Below, in pieces: positions 12,232 through 25,658 of a DNA stretch of 64,000 bases. Location of the stretch: the NCBI GenBank assembly GCA_964016885.1, contig OZ024745.1, positions 116,188,001-116,252,000 on the forward strand, given 5' to 3'. Both the position numbers and the translations under genes were made by a program. The notes below the pieces were generated by a model. It did no database searches. It saw only the letters and a list, made by a program, of their open reading frames with translations, and was not told the DNA's origin. The stretch is from Eledone cirrhosa. Its lineage: Eukaryota. Position 1 is the stretch's first letter; each line of letters begins with the position of its first letter.

Positions 12232-12567
12232 TAAAGTGTGTCTTAAACCAGGAGGCTCATTTGGCCGGTGCTTAACCAGGTTTCATGGTGTGAAGCGAGT
12301 GAGAGTACAAGTCTCCATAAAACCGGGTTAAGCATCGGCCAAATGAGCCTCCTGGCTTAAGACACACTTTACACCTGGCGTCCAGTCCAGCACAGGGTTA
12401 AACATCCAGCTATTGCTGGTACTCATTTTCAGCTGAGTATAACGGAGCAACGTGAAATGAAGTGTTTTCCTCAAGAACACAACACACAACCCAGAACCCA
12501 TAAATTGAACCCACGACATTATGATCGTCAGTCCAACACCCTTACCACTAGGCCACGTGCCTCCACA
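12232..12567 (-). mobile_element. SINE family B (tail type iii) with internal inverted copy of its tail
   Basis: Head gtggaggcacgtggcctagtggtaa on minus strand; homologous to 22285-22557 and 55969-56230. Confidence 0.8.
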
Positions 12568-13289
12568 TTAAAATAGAAATATGAAGTTAAATGTTAGTAA
12601 AGCTTTAATCCCATTCTCTAACCACTTTATTAATTGGTCGCCATATCTCTCTGTCTGTCTCTCTCTGTCTCTTTCTCCTCCCCTCTCACTCTCCCTCTCG
12701 CTCTCACTACCCCTCTCACTCTCACTCTCTATCTATCTATTTCTCCTCTCCCTCTCTCTCCCTCTCTCTGATGTACGAAATAATTTCAATATTCTGTTTC
12801 AAAGAATCCTTTTACTTTGTTTCATTATGATGCCAATCATCATCACGGTTATAAGAAACACTACCAGCCACCTTATTTTATCCTGAACCTATGTAGAGCT
12901 TTATCTTAATTAACTTAGTATTATTTTCCCACATAGCTTAAAACATATTGAAACAAAATATGCTGGAATGTTATGATCAATCATAAATAAAATGTTTGAA
13001 GTTGATGTTTCTGTTAAGTTCTCTCTCTTTCCCCCTCTCTCTATCTCCCTCTCTCTCCCTCTCTCACTCTCTCACACTCTCTCTCTCATGATAATACATG
13101 AACCAGTTTGTTATCGTTTGATAGGGGACTTAAATACAGACTACACAACAGAGAGATAGTGATTGCTTCTCAATAAATAAACATGTCAATGTGCTATATT
13201 TCAAGTATGTTGTTTTTATTTCCACAGCTTAATCGATCAGTTACGTAGCCTTGTAGTATTGGTTATGAAAACATATATAAATAATATAT

Positions 13290-13610
13290 ATCATCGTAGG
13301 CACACTTTGGTCACGAATGACCATTGTGTGGCACCTAGAAAGTTCACAACAAAGAAACAAGCCTGAGCAAAGTGTTTGTGGAAGACCAACAGTCGCCCAT
13401 GCATACCAGGCTCCTCTCACCACGCCACCATTGTTGTCCAAGGGAAGGACAATGTCCGAAAGAGCTTGGCACAAGCAACGTGGCAACTCATTTCTACAGC
13501 TGTGTAAATAAGAGCAGCGTGAAATAAAGTGTTTTGCTCACGGACACAACGCATTACCCGGGCCGAGAATCGAACTCGCAACGCTGTAACCACTAAACCA
13601 TGCACTTTCA
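13290..13610 (-). mobile_element. SINE family B (tail type i)
   Basis: Homologous to 20225-20560. Confidence 0.8.
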
Positions 13611-14207
13611 CATATATGTATATATCATACATACTTATAAACAACAAATAAAGTTAAATCATCTCAAGTCACAGAAAACACAATTCTATGAATCAAATTA
13701 TGAATTAGATAAGTGCTATAACATTTCCAATATAAGCACCGAGAATGAAAAGTGCAGCAAACCAACTAATAGAGCAACAATAAATAGATTTAAACATTTT
13801 CTATTAGAAAGAAAGAACTGTAGTAACCCTCTTTTGTGATCAATTGACCAGCCAATGGCACACATGTGACTCGTTTACTGCAAATATAACTTATTGTAGT
13901 ATTCTGTCTCACATATTTGCATATAATATCTAATATAAATCTATTATTACTACGTTACAGATGAATATTAAATATACTACATCGAAAATAGAATAATTGC
14001 CATATTTTCTCCACCCTTCTTCGTCTGTACGCTCTTCCAACTGAAATTTATCCTTCACAGTACATATAAATCTGTGCATCAAACAATAACATATTGCTTG
14101 GCAGAGAATATCCCTAGAAATAGCTGATATTTCAATCAAACATGATTGTTAAATATATGGCATCGTATATTTTCAATCGTATTAAGAAGAACTAAAAGTG
14201 TGGTAGT

Positions 14208-14275
<68 letters not shown>

Positions 14276-14300
14276 TTTTTTATTTTTATTTTATAGAAGG

Positions 14301-14349
14301 AGCTTCTACAGGACTAGTACTGTTTCATTCAGATGAAATCTTCAGGAAG

Positions 14350-14351
<2 letters not shown>
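14301..14351 (-). ncRNA. Hammerhead ribozyme motif (type I) in an 80-bp island inside (TA)n
   Basis: Minus strand: agcttc-CTGAAGA-tttcatctgaat-GAAA-cag tactagtc ctg-TA-gaagct; stem I 6 bp, stem III 4 bp; U-U closes stem II (non-canonical). Confidence 0.7.
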
Positions 14352-14394
<43 letters not shown>

Positions 14395-14439
14395 TACACA
14401 ATAATTTTTATGTCGTTCGCCCAACGTAAGAGCCTGATT

Positions 14440-14740
14440 TTACAATGAAAGTGTACGTGGCACTGCATTCCACAGACACGTGTACCCTTAAAATTGTTCT
14501 CAGGAAAATTGACTATGACAGTGTAGCTCCAGTGAATTACATGTACAAACCACTTTGCCTGCGGCGTGGGCTGAAACAACATGAAATAAAGTATGTTGCT
14601 CAAGGATCCCAACGACCCGTGTCCCCGGAATCGACGTAGCTGAAGAACCCCACACGACACGTGTCCCCGGAATCGTCCTACTGACGTTACAATCCTGAAT
14701 CTGAACACATTAACCACTGATTCGTGTGCCTTTACAAGCA
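14440..14740 (-). mobile_element. SINE family B (tail type ii), degenerate
   Basis: Minus strand ccttgagcaacatactttatttcatgttg and cctgagaac..aagggtacacgtgtctgtggaatgc, as in 50350-50670. Confidence 0.6.
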
Positions 14741-15649
14741 ACACACATAAATGCATACATCTACACACATGTGGCTATGATCCTGCGTACATTTGTATCT
14801 CACTTAATCTACCTACACTAATAGTCAATTGCACTTTCAACATCTACATCCATTCATTGTTGACAATCCCCATTATATTATATTCTCACTCAATCCATTT
14901 CGTTGTGTCACGTTTCCCTTCTATTTACACCTTGTCCCTCATTATACATGTTATCCTCTATCTCCTTTTACATCGCAACTGTCCCCATCGCCTATTTTCA
15001 CAGTTACACCTCTTTGACATTTTGATTACTTTCTCTCTGTATTTTTTATTACTATTCTAACAATTCTTTCATTTAATCTTTCTCTCCTTCTAAGCAACAC
15101 CTCCATTTTTATCATCATTGTCAGTATTTTCTTTCATTTCTTTGTAACATCATCCCTATTTTGTGCTTTAACCATTTCAGACACATTCTTCTATCCTTCA
15201 CCTTGTTGTCAGAATATTTAGCAGATACAAATATCATAATCACTTCTTTATATTTATTTAATGGTTATACTTCTACCAGTCTCTTCACAAATCCCACATT
15301 TTAAATTCCAGTTTCTAAAGCATTCTAATCATTATTCTGATATTTCGAGTTCTTTTCTCTCGCCTTCGTTCTCTCTGTCCATGTCACATCTGTCTCTCTC
15401 TCCCTCTCTCTCTCTGTCTTTCTCTGTCTCTATCTCCCCCTCTCTGTCTCCTACGCTACGGGTTGTTTCACCCATGTATGTTATATTCTTATTCCTACAC
15501 TGTCCCTCAGTACATCTTATACTATATACTACGTTCCTAATTTTGCAGTTAATTTGCGGGCTTAGTTTGCAGACTATGCATTTTCTATCAGCACAGCCGG
15601 TCTTTGAAATGGGTATGTTTTGCCAATTAGAGTTTTATGGGAGAAAGGA

Positions 15650-16290
15650 TAAGTGAACACTGGCGAGAACTCCAGGATAGGAAGAACACATCAGTACTCC
15701 ACCAACATGCCAAAAAAAAACATAGAGTCACATTAGAGAACATGAAATAAAAATTATATCCACACACAGAAAAGATTTAATGCCGAGACAAGTCACAGAA
15801 ACAACAAACATAAACGAATTCCAACCAAAATCAAACAGAAAACATGAGTAGAATAGCAACATTACAACTAGTAATTAAGGACAAAATGAAAACATACATA
15901 TTCCCACAAAAATGAATCTAACAAAACAAACCAGACACACACACACACAGAACAAACAACCAACTAGTGACAAAAAAAATAAACACTTAAATAAATAAAT
16001 AAAACACGCACATACACCCCCGGATGTAACGCATGCGCAAACTAAGCACACAACACACAACAGACAAAAACAAGATGGTGTAGGACAGAACAAAGCAGAG
16101 ACACACAAAATAAAAACCTAGTCACTTAGGATGTCACAGAATGTGTGACGAAAGAGCTTTGACATTATATAAACAACCTTCCGGTTATCGAATCAACAAG
16201 GCAACCGGAAATTTATAATAAATTGAAATGATAACTAACAGGTGTGTGTGTTTTTATTGGCAACATAACCCTCCCAAAATATAACATTAT
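15650..16290 (+). mobile_element. Penelope-like element 3' end (GIY-YIG C-terminus, AC-rich UTR, pLTR)
   Basis: WRELQDRKNTSVLHQHAK ... HEIKIISTHRKDLMPRQVTE..NRKHE*; layout matches 58400-59190. Confidence 0.65.
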
Positions 16291-16344
16291 CTGTTTCAAC
16301 ACATGTTTTCAGATAAGAAATCTCACAAAACAAATTCAAAAGCG

Positions 16345-16404
<60 letters not shown>

Positions 16405-16408
<4 letters not shown>

Positions 16409-17170
16409 CTGGTAAAATTCTCGAGATCCATGGACGAGTTCTCTCCAGCGGTCTCTGTCCCTCATTATCGCTGCCATGTCCTGCGTCTCCAACAGACTAG
16501 TGTTTGTCCTTAGGGCATCAACATATGTTAACTTCGGTCTCCTCTTCCAGTGTGTCCATGCAGAGGCTCCCACAGGAGCACTGCGTGCAATGTCAAATCT
16601 GGATGTCGGTGAGCATGTCCAGCTAACCGCAGTCTCCTCTGTGTCACTTTTGAGTTGACTTTTGGGAGGCTCCGTACAGCTCTGAGTTCTTCATTCTCAG
16701 TGTATACTGATTAATGTTCAGAGCCATCCAGATATCGGATGCTGGATTTGCCGAGGACATGGTTTTGGTGACTAACACAGTGAAGGAGGATGAGGGTTTG
16801 ATGCAGGAGGTGGAGACTGTGTCGATGAGTGTGGGGCTGAGAATGAATAATATTAAGACAAAATATCTGGTGGAGAATATTAAGAAGCCAGAGTAGATTA
16901 CTAATGTATGCGGGAAGCCGCTAGAATTGGTTGAGGACTTCTTGTATTTGGAAGCAAAGATTGGGAATACGGAAGATGATGTGGTCGAGAAGAAAAGCAA
17001 AGCCTGGGTGGAGTGCCACAGCTTGAAATCGGTGTGGAAGTCGGACCTTCGTAAAAACCACAAGATCCGCCTTTTCGTTGCTGTAGTGGAGTCTGTGCTG
17101 CTGTACGGGTCTGAGACTTGGACACTGACCAAGAAATTCACTCAGATGGTGGTTGGGTGCTACACAAGAA
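16405..17170. mobile_element. RTE-like LINE insertion with 5' inversion
   Basis: Plus strand 16735-17170: FAEDMVLVTN..EDFLYL..AVVESVLLYGSETWTLTKK..GCYTR; minus strand 16735-16405 continues MALNINQY..RRPKLTYVDAL..MRDRDRWR. Confidence 0.85.
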
Positions 17171-17186
17171 TATATATATAAATATA

Positions 17187-17424
17187 ATATGGAAATACAA
17201 AGTTTACATCATAAAGTCCTTTATTGATTAGGCTGTTATACATATTTCGAGGATGAGAAATGATTACTCAATACAGCATGCTGTATTGGGTAGTACCACG
17301 CTGTCTGAAGAGAACATGGCAGTAGCATCTATGCAGTATTGCGTAAGCAGTTACCTTCCTCGAAATATGTATAACGACCTCAGCAATAAAGGACTTTATC
17401 ATCTAAACTTTGTATTTCCTTATT
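17187..17424. repeat. Fold-back pLTR-like module
   Basis: 17187-17280 is the diverged reverse complement of 17330-17424. Confidence 0.85.
17300..17378 (+). ncRNA. Hammerhead ribozyme motif
   Basis: gctgt-CTGAAGA-g(long stem II)c-GAAA-tatgta-TA-acgac; the inverted arm keeps the stem I partner acagc. Confidence 0.65.
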
Positions 17425-17503
17425 CTAAAAATACTCCGTCACCTCTGTGAGGAAAATGCACGTTGAGTTCTTGAATTGAATTGCATCAATATTTTTGAAA
17501 TAC

Positions 17504-17588
<85 letters not shown>

Positions 17589-18239
17589 CCTCTCTCTCCA
17601 TATCTCTATCCCATTCTCTCTATCCATCTCTCCATAGGCTTTGCTTTCCACATTTTCTCTACTATGTTCTTCAGTGTCTCACCTCTCATCTAAATGTACC
17701 CACAGTCCCCTCATGCTATGCTCTATAATACACTAATATTTTGTTTTTCTACTCTTTAACTCATCTATTCATTCTCTCGTAGTAAGTTATCTTATCACTT
17801 TCTCAGTTCCTACATTTTGTCTTCTCATTTCCTTTCTAAAAAGTCTCCCAATATTAATACATAATATATTAGCCACTATGGCTTGACATTGATCCGTTCT
17901 GTTTAAGCGTAGTGTGAATGGTTCTTCCTATTCCTTTCTCCCTTAGCTTCCTTGATAAACTACCTTTCAAAGACAAAGAAGAGACAGAGACAGTTTTTTC
18001 TCTCCTATATTATTTATAACAATAGGAATTAAATTTTTTTTTTGTTTTTTTTTTCATTTTTATTTTCATTTGTGTTGTGTGAAGCAAATGTAAAATAAAC
18101 GCATATTGTAATAAAACCGACCAACACAGTTAGTGCCTGAAAATTATTACTGTCTTGCGACGCTGATTTTAAGTATACTATCAGGTTTATCCTCTCAGTT
18201 ATACAGTTAGAGATACAACACACCCCTTTGTACGCTGAT

Positions 18240-18660
18240 CTCTTTTGTTGCTAAACTCCGCCAGTTGCAGACTGCACATCAACATGTGATATCTCTCTCT
18301 ACAAAGTTCGATCACAAGCAGCCGACTTCAAAGAGCAAAGATCAAGTCCAGTCCATAAGTTGACATTAGTAAGCCATCGTTTTGGCTGCCGGCCTCTGCT
18401 TCTTTTACCAGCAAACCTTCCTTCCAGGCATAACCGACTCACACCACGAGTTGATCTATTTATATGGCCGTATAGTTTGAATACTCTTTACTTGACAATT
18501 GATGTAGTTGGTCTAAGTTTGGTAATGTTGAGCAGCTCACTGATACAGATACGGTTGCTGAGCCGCTTGCCAGTCATGATGTGGTTCTGGAATATAAAGA
18601 GCTTCTGAAGTGACCGTGTCGTCCAATTAACACAGTCAAGACCATATAACAGAGTTAATA
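18240..18660 (-). mobile_element. RTE-like LINE C-terminal fragment
   Basis: LEGRFAGKRSRGRQPKRWLTNVNLWTGLDL on minus strand. Confidence 0.65.
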
Positions 18661-19276
18661 CTAGATTTTTTTTATCTTAGAATTTAGCATTCGTTTTGCT
18701 CTACAATTTTTTACCAATTAATGTTCTTCTATTGTGATGCAGGAATAACAACAATATTAACGGTTGATTTAAGAAACATTAGGAAAATTTGAAATGTGAA
18801 ATGGGTGAGACCATAATAAAAGTCGATTACTATCACAGAATTAATGCTATCAATATTTCATGCTATTAAACGACCCCACCTTACCTTATTTCAATACCAA
18901 AGTTAAAAATCAATTTAATAATGTATATGCATCGGTTAATTAATTAGTAATATTTCGGCATTTTGCACAGAAAATCTGAAATCTGGTGATTGTATTCTTC
19001 TCAATTTAGAGAGCTAATAATATATTCACATTTCGTTGGTTCTGTCGATAACAGGGAATCATGGGCATCGTTTCCATTTTTTCTAGTTATCAAAACTTTC
19101 TTAGCAACTGCAAATTAGTTAATTATTTTGAACCCTTGGATACCAAACCCTTCAATTTTAATAAGATGGCTGTAATAAAAAGATGAATGTTCCTAACCTC
19201 CAAAATATTTTAGATTGCATCCCATAAATCTTGGTTTAATCCAAGCAAAATAAGGAATTTGTCGGAATATAATAGT

Positions 19277-19486
19277 GTCTACTTAAGGAACAAGACCAAC
19301 AATTTTGGGGGAGGGAAAAGTCGATTAAATCGATCCCAGTGCGTTACTGATACTTTATTTATCAACCCCGTAAGGATTAAAGGCAAAGCTAACATGGGCA
19401 GGATTTGAACGCAGAACGTGCCAGGACGTAACTATATCCCGCAAAACATGTAGACCGACGCTCTACCGTTACTGCCAATCCACCGA
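19277..19486 (-). mobile_element. SINE family A, longer-tail variant
   Basis: Core and head match; extra gatcgatttaatcgacttttccctccccc segment. Confidence 0.8.
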
Positions 19487-19702
19487 CCTTCGTTGGGCGA
19501 TAATTAAAACAACAACAATATAAGGGAAGTACAAAAGACAGTCGGATAAGTATATAATGGTAGATTATTGATGAAGCTTTCAGGGAGATGTGATTGTGAA
19601 ATCCGTTTTATCAAATGTTGAATATTAAAATTAAAAAGAATTAAAAATAATTAAAAATGAAAGATTTAAAATTAAGTGTTGAGGCAGGTTTGTTCATCTT
19701 TC

Positions 19703-19790
<88 letters not shown>

Positions 19791-20224
19791 ATATAATCTG
19801 TGAAACATGGATTTGTCAAAAGCATATTGGATATTGTAATAAGGAACAATTAGTTTTAGTCAAATGAAATATCCTGATATTTATAAAGATAAATGCAATA
19901 TCTTATTCTAGATATCTCTGCAAATATCCGAATATCAGGAAATATTCGCAACAAATGGTTTCAGTAAAGATTATCATTTTAAAATCACATTTTTCAAGAT
20001 TTCTAATTAGTTACACGACTTCACAGATAACATTTTGCAATCCATTTTAATTACTATAGCTGGAACATGCCCTTCCTGGATATCGATATTTCCAAAGATC
20101 TAATCATTTAATATGAAGTACCAGGTCATACTTACTTAAAACGCAGACATCAGCTATTAATTGTGATATTGTGAAACGCCCTAGGTTATTACAAAATTAG
20201 TATCCCGTCTATACGTGCATATGA

Positions 20225-20560
20225 TCATAGGCCCCACTCGGTCACAAATGACCATGGCTTTGTACCTAGAAAGTTTCCCTCAGAGCCACAAGCCTAGGCA
20301 AGATTTGTTTTGTGGAAGACCAGTAGTCGCCCATGCATACCAGTCTGCCCTCTCCACGCCACTGACATTGTCCAAGGGAAAGGCAATGACCGATACAGCT
20401 TGAGACCAGTGACGTCGCAACTCATTTCTACAGCTGAGTAAACTGGAGCAATGTGAAATAAATTATCTTGCTCATGGTCATAACGCATCACCCGAGCATC
20501 GAACTCACAACGTCTCAATTGCAAGCCCAATGCTCTAACCACGAAGCCATGCGCCTTCAC
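20225..20560 (-). mobile_element. SINE family B (tail type i)
   Basis: Head gtgaaggcgcatggcttcgtggttagag, B box gagttcgatgc. Confidence 0.85.
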
Positions 20561-22055
20561 AAAACTCATACAAACCTTACAAATATAAGCAAGGAAACCT
20601 CTCGTAAATTATTATTTTCTAAAAACTATAGTTCTCAACAAAGGTAATACTCTGGATTCTCTATCTTAGTACGACCTTTCAAAATACTGGAGTCCAATTA
20701 AAAGTTCATTAACAGGCTAGAGGTTTTTCCTGTTGAATGGCTGATAATTTTATCTGTTTTTTGTTGTTGTTTTTTTTGTATGGAAATAACCTAACAGTAT
20801 ATTATTAACACCTGTTATGGCAAATCAAGTAAATAAAAGAAAATTCTAAAATTTAACGAAATGAAATTTGTGGTGCTTTACGGGCAACATATTAAATGGT
20901 AGAGCAAAACAGATGATATGTTTGGAACTAACGTCTCAGCTATAACCAGGAATAGGTTTCAGTTTCAATATACAGGATTTTATTTGTTTTCATAAACAGA
21001 TAAGAATATTAAAAGTTTAGGAACCATTGTAATTCTGAAGAGCTCAATATGGGATTGTTGATCAGCTATGTAGTTGGGGGAAGCTGCAGAGATTTTAAAG
21101 ACCACATTTATAAATTAAAAACAAACTCATCCAATTTATTGATAAATCTCGTTGTAATACTTTAGAATTAAAAAGATAATAAGTGATATATTTATTGTTA
21201 ATATAACTATACATTCTTCAAACACATCTTTACCCTGCTTATTTTCTGTATTCTAACATTGCTACGCCTGCACAAGACAGCAATATACATTTTCATCTAA
21301 TCCCAGCCCCTACAATTTACTCCCTACAGATTCCATCAAACTTTTATCCATTTGTAACTCCCTTCATCACTAAATTTTATTTAATATCATCAAATTTTAC
21401 AAATGCAAGCTGAACATCAACCTTAAAAGTTTAGGAGTTTTAGGAAAAGTATTTCTTCTGTCTGTATAACATCTAATCGACATATTAAATATGGCGTGCA
21501 CTTCAATATTGAAATTTATTCGAATTTTCTTAATCAATATCTAAACATTGATAAGTGTATAAGTGCAACATTTCATAATATTCTAAGCTTCACATGCAGT
21601 GTTTCCAGCATTATAATGTATGATATAATTTTGTGTTTGGTACTTGAGGCCACAGTATATTCAATAAGAGAATACAGATAAGAAATTTATTCTTATCATT
21701 CTTACTTATTTGGAGTGTTCCATTCCCTAATTCAATAGAACGGAATTGACCTTATCACTTAAAGATAATGAATCAAAGATTAGATACTAAATATTAGAAG
21801 AGTTGGTGGGCATTTTATCCTACACTTTCTAAATCCTTTGATAATGCGTCAATAAAAGTCGTTTTAAAACATAACACCTGCCAATTCTGATATGTAAAAC
21901 TAGACGAGGCTAAATAATGAAACTGCTTTACAGTGTGGGTGTGTGTATCTTTTTGTTTACGAGGAACTCAGCCCTACAATATATTTAATTTATCGCAGAA
22001 ACATGCTACCCGTTATCTATTGGCACATGTCTCTACAACAGTAATTATATGAGAT

Positions 22056-22245
22056 ATAATTGTTTCTACTTTTGGCACAAGGCCATCAATTACCCAGTGC
22101 ATTACTGGTTCTTTATTTTATCGACCCCGTAAGGATGAAAGGCAAAGTTAACCTCGGTGGGATTTCAACTCAGACCGCAAAGGGACGTAACTATGCTGGA
22201 AAGCATGGCGTCCAACCCTCTACCGATACTGCCAATCCACCACCC
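22056..22245 (-). mobile_element. SINE family A with long TSD
   Basis: taattatatgagatataat on both sides. Confidence 0.9.
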
Positions 22246-22284
22246 TTAATTATATGAGATATAATGTAAACCGCCCACAAAAGT

Positions 22285-22557
22285 GGTGGTGTGTGGCCTA
22301 GTGGTAAAGTTGTTGGACTTACAATCATAATGGTATGGTTTCGATTCCTGGGATGAGCTGCGTGTTGTGCTTTTGAGCAAAACATTTCATTTCATGTTGC
22401 TAGAGAATACTCAGCTGAAAATGAGTACCAGCAATAGTTGGGGTTTTGAGCCTGCGGTGGACTGTCCTCCTGTCCAGGGGGATGTCTTGTATAATAAATT
22501 GCTTGAAGCCGGTATAAGCACCGGTCAAATGAACCTTCTGATTTAAGACAGACTTAG
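22285..22557 (+). mobile_element. SINE family B (tail type iii)
   Basis: gtggcctagtggtaa head, ttcgattcc B box, family B core. Confidence 0.8.
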
Positions 22558-22844
22558 ATCACATAAGTGATTACTTCGAAGAGGATTGTCACACTGTATA
22601 CCCAGATTACTGTTACTGACTAGATTACAATATATCTATTTTTACATATTTATTTTCCGGAATATTAGTTCTATTTACTCTTTGATATGTTTTCCCTATA
22701 TGTTTTCTATATTTCTTTCTTTCTCCCTCCCCATCGCTCTCCCTATATATATGCACACACACACACACACACACATACACAAACACACACACACACAGAA
22801 ACATACACACACACATATATATATATATAGAGAGAGAGAGAGAA

Positions 22845-22887
<43 letters not shown>

Positions 22888-22889
22888 TA

Positions 22890-25658
22890 AGTTTTTATTT
22901 ATTTGCCACGAGGGCACAAAACAAGGGGACAAATAAGGGGGGGGGGGGGGTTACATAAAGGAACGAGTAAAAAACAAATAAATATAAAATTAACAATACA
23001 GTCATCGATAGGGAGGAGGCGTTTTAGGGGTTACACACCCCCCCGAAAAAGTGTGCAATCCTTTTCCTTAGGAGCACAGAGAGGGGTGCTCCTTTGAACT
23101 TCCACCTACAGGCTGATAAAGAGAGAAGTTGTCCATAGGTCCCGGGCCAAATGTCCTACCGAATAGGCTGGCCAGTTCGTCTTCCTCCATGCCTAGGGGC
23201 TTGTCCGAGGGCGTCGTCGCACCTACTAACCACCAGACCTCTATAGAATGACGAGGTGGAGTCTCCACCGATAGTCGGGTTCGCCTGCCAGAGAGCCGTG
23301 AGCGCCTGGGCACACTCGGTGTGCCAGGCGCCCAGTTTTCTCGGTCTTTGCTTGACCCAGGACTGCAGCTCGGTTAGCGAGACGAGTCTCGGAAATGCTC
23401 GCCTCACAAACGGGGCCCACACCGGTTGACCTGTGAGAAATACCTGGAGGTGCCGTAGCCTTAAAGCGTGTTTACGCATCAGCAGCCACGGCAGCCCCAG
23501 CCCTCCTTTCGAAGGGTGTTGACAGCAGATGGATCTCCTCACCAAAGGAGCCCGCTTCTTCCAAAGAAATTGGAAGAGTGCGCGCTCCATTTTGGTGAGC
23601 GTTTCCCTTGGGCAAGGCACGACGGTCAGACGGTAATAGATGACGAACACTATATAAGCGTTCGCCACCTCCGCCCGACCTTTCAGGGATAGCTTGCACT
23701 CAGCCCACTTCCGCGTCAGCGCAAACACCCTGTTCGATACCTCACCCCAGTTCTTCTCCACCTAGAGGTCTGGCCCGAACCAGACCCCGAGCAACTTCAC
23801 CGGGCCCTCCGTCCAACGTCCGACGACTCCGTTGGAGGCCATCGGTTTGCCCCTCCACTCGCCGAGTTGCAAACCGATTGACTTGTCCCGGTTCAGCTTA
23901 GCCCCTGTAAACGTTTCGTATTCCTCCAGTAAGGTGCCGATGACCCCGATTTCCGAGGTGGTTGACACCATTACTGTCACGTCATCGGCGTAGGCCGACA
24001 CCGCTTTCCGCAATCCCGGTTCCAAAGGGATGCCCTGTAACAACTCCAACTTCCGCAGCAGTGGCTCTAGGGCAATACATACAGAAGGGAGGAGAGAGGG
24101 CATCTTTGTCGGATGGACCGCGTTATTTCGAACGGCTCCGAGAAGTAGCCGTTCACCTTGACCCTAGAGCATATGCGGCTGCTGTGTATGGCAGTGATAC
24201 AGCCCCTGAAAACGAGTCCGAAACCTGGCGCCACTAGCACCGCATCCAGGTAACGATGGTCGACCCTATCAAACGCCTTAGATTGATCCAAGTTGATCAG
24301 GACCCCACCAAAGCCGGGTTCGTTCCCAACCCTCTCTATGATGTATCGCATGAGATGGAGGTTGTCGTGAATGGACCTGGACGGGATGGCGCATGTCTGC
24401 GCATCTCCCACCAGGTTGCCCACGCCAAGCGCCAACCTCTTTGCTAACACCTGGCTAAAATCTTTAACTCTGCATTTGGCAGTGTTATGGGTCTAAAATT
24501 ACTTATTTCAACCCCCTTGTTCTCGTCCTCCCTCACTAGCGAGACTACGCCCTTGGTCACAGAACATGGAATTCTCCCGGTGTGTTGCCAGTTGCAGTAG
24601 ACCGCTTCGATGAGATCGAAGAACAAGTCCGGCATATTTAAATACAGTTCGTATGGAAGACCATCGAGGCCCGGAGATTTGCGTCTGCCGCATTGGCTCA
24701 GCACGTCCCCTATCTCAGCAGCTGTGATCGGCCTCTCGCAAGACTTCGCCTCCTCGTCCGAAAGACGCGGCAGGCGGTCGAGGTATGGACCGAGGTCCAC
24801 ATCCCCATCCGGCCCTTCGTCCCTTCCGAACAATCGGACAAAGTGCCTTTGAAAGGCCTCGCACATCTGCTTAGATTCAAGGATCACCCGTCCATTCTAG
24901 TCTCGTAAAGACCGGATAGTGGATCTAATCCCACTTTTGGCTTCTGTCACGCGGGCCCAGCTAACAGCTTTGATCCCCTCGTTTCCCAGAGCACGTATTT
25001 TGCTTCGGACGATGCAGCCTTCGCGTTTCGCGTCGAAGAACTGGCCCAGGGCCGTTCTCGACGCTAGCACTCTGACCACGTCGCCGCTTCTAATTGCCTC
25101 TTCTACACTATCTACCAACTCCCTTTCCTTCCTATTTCTATTTGAGGCTAACTCCTTACTAAATTCTATAGAGACTACTCTAATCTCTCTTTTGAGAGAT
25201 CCCTACCACCTGCTATTGATGATGGCGCCCGTCAACCGCTCCTTAACTAAAGTGCTAATCCGGTCCCTGTAAGCCTTACTTGCCGGTAAGGACAAGTTGA
25301 GCTTCCAGTAACCGGATCCCTGTCTATGCGTTCTGTTAAGGTTGACCTTGCAGGTCACTAACTTGTGGTCTGAATAGCCAACCATGCGCATTTTTGGACA
25401 ACTTAAAAAGTCCTTATCCTTATGTCTAACTAAGAACCTATATAGGTACGACCTAGATGATCCGCTGCGGTTTGCTCAAGTCTAGGTTGGCGCAGTCGGA
25501 AAATCTAGTCGATATCTATCGGCCAGGTCAAATCGACCGATTAACCCTTTGAGGCTCTTACACCCCTCTCTATCGGAACAGGCTCCTACGTAATCCCAAC
25601 GTGCATCTAGGATACCATTCCAGTCCCCCACTAATAGCAAGGAGCGGGACGTCCCTAG
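22890..25658 (-). mobile_element. Tx1/L1-clade LINE ORF2 pseudogene (APE endonuclease C-half plus RT), 5'-truncated
   Basis: LLLVGDWNGILD, YSDHKLV, GYWKLN, KSPGLDGLPYELY, FRPITL, LDQSKAFDRVDH, SAYADDVTV, KGGLGLP; AATAAA and A-tail at about 22890-22903; frameshifted; C-terminal domain deleted near 23120. Confidence 0.92.

Larger units (their letters stand above)
18900..21850 (-). mobile_element. Possible very old L1-like ORF2 remnant, interrupted by SINEs
   Basis: Scattered degraded motifs (ELFRITMVPKLL near 21020, LWDAI near 19220, VAKKVLI near 19100); no open frame. Confidence 0.3.

Noticed and set aside
19565-19615. ttgatgaagc...gaaatccg as a hammerhead
   Set aside because: Core imperfect and stems do not form.
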